The notes under the pieces were generated by a model that ran no database searches, was not told the DNA's origin, and worked only from the letters and a program-made list of their open reading frames with translations. Shown here piece by piece: positions 59,685-64,000 of a DNA stretch of 64,000 bases; the stretch's first letter is position 1; the number at the start of each line of letters is the position of its first letter. Position numbers and translations under genes: made by a program. This DNA comes from Salinispira sp. (lineage in GTDB: Bacteria > Spirochaetota > Spirochaetia > DSM-27196 > Salinispiraceae): NCBI GenBank assembly GCA_965226555.1, contig CBDDDG010000022.1, forward strand, positions 1 through 64,000, given 5' to 3'.

Positions 59685-61121
59685 TCATAGTCGGAACAGG
59701 GCTTCCCGCAGTGCTTCCGAAACAGTTGGATGCGGAAATACAATATCTTTCAGTTCCCTGACACGAAGTTCATTCTCAATGATGATGGATGCCGCAAAGA
59801 TGTTCTCTGTCGCATAACTGCCCATGAGGTGGATGCCGAGAATTTTTTCGGAACATTCATCAACAATAATTTTCGCCTGTCCCTCACTGCCTTCGGCAAG
59901 GGCTCTGCCGTTTGCCCGGTAATCATAGCGGGCAATACGTATCTTGCGGCCCTGCTTCAGAGCTTCCTGCTCACTGAGTCCGCAGCCTGCGGCCTCAGGC
60001 ATGGTGTAGACTGCCCAGGGAATTGCTCCGTAGCGCATCCTGTCCTTATGCCCGAGTATGCTGTTCACCGCTACTTCTGCCATACGCGATGCAGCATGAG
60101 CGAGGAGACTCCGTCCGGTAACATCGCCGATGGCATACACGCCCGGAACATTGGTTTGCATCTGCTCATTGACGATAATGCCGTTTTTGTCTGTATCAAT
60201 CCGCGCTGCCTCAAGTCCGATATTTTGGATGTTTGCTCTGCGTCCTGTAGCAAGAATGACCATATCCACATTATCGATGCTCTGTTTGGCAGTGCTGCCG
60301 GTATTTTGTCCATTTTGTTCAGATTTTTCAGATTTTTTGTTCAGATGTGAGTACCACAGACGCCCGCCTTCAATGTTTTCAACACGGGTCTGCAAATGAA
60401 ACCTCACCTGCGGCATGGCCTTCCGCAGAAGTCCTGCCATTTCCCTATCCATCACGGGCGCAATTTCATCAAGAACCTCAAAAATTTCGACATCCTTTCC
60501 CAATCCTGAAAAGAATGAAGCAAACTCCAGTCCGATAACCCCGCCGCCAATTATGGCGACGCGTTTCGGCAGCGTATCAATGGTAATGACGCCGCGGTTT
60601 GTAAGAACATGATCCTGCTCGACACCCGGAATGGGTGGAATTACGGCTGAGGAACCGCTCGCAATAATAACATTCCGCGCCTGAAAGGAGGTGTTATTCA
60701 CCTGTACCGTATGAGCATTCCTCAGAATGGCTTCTCCATACAGAACCTGTACCGTATGTTTTTTCATGAGCGAGATAATGCCCTGCTGAAGGTGCGTAAT
60801 GGTTTTTTCCTTCCACTTCATGGCAGCTGCAAGGTCGAAGCGGACATTATCGGCAATTGTTCCAAAATTCCCGCTATTGAGAGCGTGATGATAGGTTTTT
60901 GCTGCATTCAAAAGGCTCTTCGTTGGTATACAGCCCCAGTTAAGGCAGACGCCTCCAATGTTCTCCTTTTCTATGAGAAGAACACGCTGACCTGCTCCCG
61001 CAGCGCGTTCTGCGGCTACGTAGCCCCCCGGGCCTGATCCGATGATAATAAGATCGAAGGTCTGCGAAGAAGGTTCCGATACATTCTGCGAAGAAGCGTG
61101 TAATTTCATGGCGCTTTCCAT
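59685..61121 (-). CDS. lpdA: Dihydrolipoamide dehydrogenase
   Basis: GSGPGGY, GGVCLNWGCIPTK, GGGVIGLE, HPTVSE. Confidence 0.93.
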   Translation of the reverse strand: MESAMKLHASSQNVSEPSSQTFDLIIIGSGPGGYVAAERAAGAGQRVLLIEKENIGGVCLNWGCIPTKSLLNAAKTYHHALNSGNFGTIADNVRFDLAAAMKWKEKTITHLQQGIISLMKKHTVQVLYGEAILRNAHTVQVNNTSFQARNVIIASGSSAVIPPIPGVEQDHVLTNRGVITIDTLPKRVAIIGGGVIGLEFASFFSGLGKDVEIFEVLDEIAPVMDREMAGLLRKAMPQVRFHLQTRVENIEGGRLWYSHLNKKSEKSEQNGQNTGSTAKQSIDNVDMVILATGRRANIQNIGLEAARIDTDKNGIIVNEQMQTNVPGVYAIGDVTGRSLLAHAASRMAEVAVNSILGHKDRMRYGAIPWAVYTMPEAAGCGLSEQEALKQGRKIRIARYDYRANGRALAEGSEGQAKIIVDECSEKILGIHLMGSYATENIFAASIIIENELRVRELKDIVFPHPTVSEALREALFRL

Positions 61122-61142
61122 TTTCTCCGTTCTCCCATATTT

Positions 61143-62507
61143 CTACATGGCTGCCGGTAATTCAAAACGGGCGAGCATTTTTGAAAAATCACTGAGAAAG
61201 CGGGCTGCGGGCGCTCCATCGACTACCTGATGATCAATGGTCATTGAAATTCCCATATGAGGTTCAAAAACAGTAGTATCATTTTTCTGTATGGCCTTCA
61301 TGCCGATACTGCACAATCCGATAATAGCAACCTGCGGCGGATTAATGACCGGCGTAAAACGCTCAATGCCCCAGGCTCCAAGGTTTGAAACAGTACATGT
61401 TGCTCCGGTAAGGAGATCGGGCTGAATGCTGCCGTTTTGGCAGGCCTGCGCGAGTTCCTTGATTTCGGCAGATATCTGTTTGAGCGATTTTCTGTCGGCA
61501 TTTCTCAGTACCGGTACCATGAGCCCCCGAGGTGTATCAACAGCAAAGGCAAGATGAACATTTTGGTATTGATACATTTTTCCATCCCGAAATTCAGCGT
61601 TTAGCTGGGGGTAGTTTTTCAGCGTACGGCTCAGGGCAAAGATGGCCATATCGCCAATGTTTATTCCCCTGAGTTCCAGCGCTTCGTTACTCTCTTTGTA
61701 GATTTTCCGCCATTTCAATAGAGAAGATGCCGGAGCCGAAGTATGCAGGGTATACTGTGCCGTGCTGTGAAGGCTTTCCATCATTCTCCGGGCAATAACC
61801 TTCCGCATGCCGCGCAATTCACCTTCATCAACAGCGCCTTCCTCACCGATGGCAGTCTGCATACCTGCCCCGGAGATTACCCGGGCAGTGTCTGCCTGTT
61901 CAGCGGCGAGGCGATGTTCAGCGGCGAGGCGATCCCGCGCCGCCGGGCTGAGTGTTCCGCGCTCCTCAGCAAAGCGAAGAACATCATCTTCGAGAATCCG
62001 CCCCCCCGGCCCGCTTCCCCTCATCTGTGAAAGATCAACCGCGCCGGTCTCGGCAGATTTGCGCGCCCGCGGACTTGCCGCGTGCCGCTGCCCGGCTTCC
62101 TCCGGAGCATGCTGCCCGACTTCCGTCATGGATATTCCCGCAGATGGCTGCGCGGGCGCAGATGATTGAGCGGACGCTGATGATTGCGCGGGCGCCGGTT
62201 CTTCAGCCAGTGATTCGAGTGATTCTGCGGAACTCCCTGCCGAAGATAGCAATTCACTAATATCCTCACCTGTCTCTCCGAGAATGGCTATGGGCTGCAT
62301 AACCGGCGCATCGTCTCCCTCTTCATACAAGAGGGCGAGAACTGTTCCCGATTCCTCACTGTCAACCTCAACCGTTGCCTTGTCGGTTTCAACAGAGCAC
62401 AGCACATCGCCGCTCGCAACAGTGTCGCCGACTTTGACCCGCCATTCCAGTATGAGACAACTTTCAACTGTATTGCCCTGTTTGGGCATGAGTATTGTGG
62501 AAGCCAT
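61143..62507 (-). CDS. Dihydrolipoamide acyltransferase (E2)
   Basis: Lipoyl VETDKA, PSBD GSGPGGRI, GLMVPV, DHQVVDGA. Confidence 0.93.
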   Translation of the reverse strand: MASTILMPKQGNTVESCLILEWRVKVGDTVASGDVLCSVETDKATVEVDSEESGTVLALLYEEGDDAPVMQPIAILGETGEDISELLSSAGSSAESLESLAEEPAPAQSSASAQSSAPAQPSAGISMTEVGQHAPEEAGQRHAASPRARKSAETGAVDLSQMRGSGPGGRILEDDVLRFAEERGTLSPAARDRLAAEHRLAAEQADTARVISGAGMQTAIGEEGAVDEGELRGMRKVIARRMMESLHSTAQYTLHTSAPASSLLKWRKIYKESNEALELRGINIGDMAIFALSRTLKNYPQLNAEFRDGKMYQYQNVHLAFAVDTPRGLMVPVLRNADRKSLKQISAEIKELAQACQNGSIQPDLLTGATCTVSNLGAWGIERFTPVINPPQVAIIGLCSIGMKAIQKNDTTVFEPHMGISMTIDHQVVDGAPAARFLSDFSKMLARFELPAAM

Positions 62508-62522
62508 AATTTATTCTTATTA

Positions 62523-62571
62523 GAAACTTTTGCATTGGAAAATTGCGCTTGCGCAATTTCCAGTAGCAAAA
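62523..62571. repeat. Palindromic element, long hairpin, upstream of E2
   Basis: gaaacttttgcattggaaaattgcgc-tt-gcgcaatttccagtagcaaaa. Confidence 0.92.
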
Positions 62572-62809
62572 AAATCGTAGTAAAACCATAGAAGAAACAG
62601 AGAAAAAAATCAAGTTATGGAAAAATGTTTCTGAAAAAAACAAGTTGCCCGAACATTCCGATAGAAATAAGGTTCTTCTCTGTCTTTTTACTTCTTTCAA
62701 AGCAACTCTCTCTATTATCCATAATTCCGCCAGCCCGTCAATAGCAATTCCCACAGTATTCAGAAATTTCCATTGATTATCTATGCCATTGTATGAAATA
62801 ATTATTGGA

Positions 62810-62867
62810 GAAACTTTTGCAGAGCACAATTTTCTGAGATGAGAGAATTTTCAGTAGCAAAACTTTC
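62810..62867. repeat. Rearranged palindromic element
   Basis: gaaacttttgcagagcacaattttc...ttttcagtagcaaaactttc. Confidence 0.8.
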
Positions 62868-62909
62868 GTATCTGCCCGATTATCGGGCGAGGAATGTGGA
62901 GGATATTAT

Positions 62910-63311
62910 ATGGGGAAAAATATATCGGATCATATAGACCACATACGGCATTTTTTTCATGCTCCGGTAAACCAGACTGAACGGATGAGGGCAGGAGCAG
63001 TAGGGCTCGCATCCCTGTGTTTATCTGTGGTTTTCGCCTTTTTGCGGGGAGTAAGTGCTGTGCCGGTTTTTGGGTTTTTTGCGGTATTTATTCTTGGCGT
63101 TGCCAGTGGAATTATATTGTATAAATATCCCGAAAAAAAGAAGACCGGTATATTATGCGCCGCAGTTGCCGGTATGAGCTTTCTTGTGCTCATTCCCGGT
63201 CTGAGAATTGTCGGGAGTAGTTTATTCGGGATCGGCATTGCAGGTACACTGGGTATTGCCCTGTGGAAAATCGGCAGTATCATTTACTCAGTGTTCAGCC
63301 GTAAAAAATAG
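62910..63311 (+). CDS. Hypothetical four-TM membrane protein
   Basis: GGAGG RBS; hydrophobic segments. Confidence 0.7.
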   Translation: MGKNISDHIDHIRHFFHAPVNQTERMRAGAVGLASLCLSVVFAFLRGVSAVPVFGFFAVFILGVASGIILYKYPEKKKTGILCAAVAGMSFLVLIPGLRIVGSSLFGIGIAGTLGIALWKIGSIIYSVFSRKK

Positions 63312-63322
63312 AGGAGTCCGCC

Positions 63323-63649
63323 ATGCCATGGAAACTTTTGTTTATTCTGATTATTATTGCGGGTCTTATAGTACTCATTGGTTTTAACTGGACAAATACA
63401 TCCGATGTTTCCATTTTCGGTGTATATACATTTGTTAATGTTCCGATAATCATTATTATGGGAATATCCTTTCTTTTGGGGGCTGTTTTCAGTATTCCCT
63501 ATGCCATAATACATGTCCGGAAAATAAGGAAAAAACAAACCATTTCCGAAGAAAAGCACATTGATGATTCACGACCAGAGAACAAGCAGAAAAAACAGAT
63601 CAGAAAGAACATTCGGAAAAACACCGACACATCTCCGCCTGCACGGTAG
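63323..63649 (+). CDS. LapA/DUF1049-like two-TM protein
   Basis: GAGGAG RBS; TM-FN.TN..DVS.F-VP-TM topology with a charged tail. Confidence 0.65.
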   Translation: MPWKLLFILIIIAGLIVLIGFNWTNTSDVSIFGVYTFVNVPIIIIMGISFLLGAVFSIPYAIIHVRKIRKKQTISEEKHIDDSRPENKQKKQIRKNIRKNTDTSPPAR

Positions 63650-64000
63650 AAATACCGCTCAATTCCTCATTCTCATCTTCTGCCTTTCCACCCGGTTGCT
63701 GTTTGCCGATCTGCCCGATGTGTCATCCGTTTCATCTATCTCATCCATGCCCTTCTGGAATAACCTGTCTGAAAAACAACAGGAACTCTTGCTGGCAGCA
63801 GAATCTCCTCAGGAAACATTCACTCTTATCGGAGCATATGAGTCGGAACTTCCGATCCTCTTTACTGCTGCTGTTCTGAATGTGTTGAAAGATTCAGGGC
63901 TTGAAGATATTGTTCCGCGTTTTATGGTTTCTCTGGAAAATCGGGAACGTGTGCTTGAAATATCCGCTGAAAGAGTGAACCTCTATCTGCTGCAGAACCG
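63564..64000 (+). CDS. Hypothetical exported protein (runs off the window end, start uncertain)
   Basis: Frame open to the end: ..QFLILIFCLSTRLLFA-DLPDVSSV...; signal-peptide-like segment. Confidence 0.55.
   Translation, partial: MIHDQRTSRKNRSERTFGKTPTHLRLHGRNTAQFLILIFCLSTRLLFADLPDVSSVSSISSMPFWNNLSEKQQELLLAAESPQETFTLIGAYESELPILFTAAVLNVLKDSGLEDIVPRFMVSLENRERVLEISAERVNLYLLQN

Noticed and set aside
8874..62867. Dispersed palindromes as CRISPR repeats or Borrelia-type telomere resolution sites
   Set aside because: Not regularly spaced, mostly imperfect, too numerous and internal; no cas gene or telomere resolvase in the window.

Overview
Chromosomal window from a bacterium that is most likely a spirochaete. 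This is inferred from the Borrelia-like mevalonate gene order mvaS-fni-mvaA-mvaD, a BMP lipoprotein and the M23-bactofilin-YaaR cluster. Repeat-rich surface lipoproteins (FN3/DUF285, GYD plus propeller) suggest a host-associated lifestyle. Most genes are housekeeping: mevalonate, Thr/Lys/Met/aromatic biosynthesis, clpC, comEC, rsmA, cysNC, and a 2-oxoacid-dehydrogenase/sugar-alcohol operon. Five things stand out. (1) A dense family of AT-rich modular palindromic elements (GAAAS-TTTTGC...GCAAAA-STTTC) has more than 20 full or partial copies, mostly just upstream of gene starts. Two 126-bp three-hairpin versions exist, and insertions can be shown by comparison with empty sites inside this window. 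(2) A decayed type I R-M locus holds an HNH-effector ABC-3C/Lamassu-like defence system between two hsdS genes tied together by three sets of direct repeats. (3) There are two Rpn/YhgA-like genes with internal-start small ORFs, and one is split by the palindromic element. (4) An IDI-2/HMG-CoA reductase fusion lacks the normal C-terminal flap. (5) In-frame tandem-repeat insertions occur in many core enzymes. No rRNA, tRNA, CRISPR array or intact IS transposase was recognised. All calls come from reading the sequence and recalling motifs; no database searches were run.
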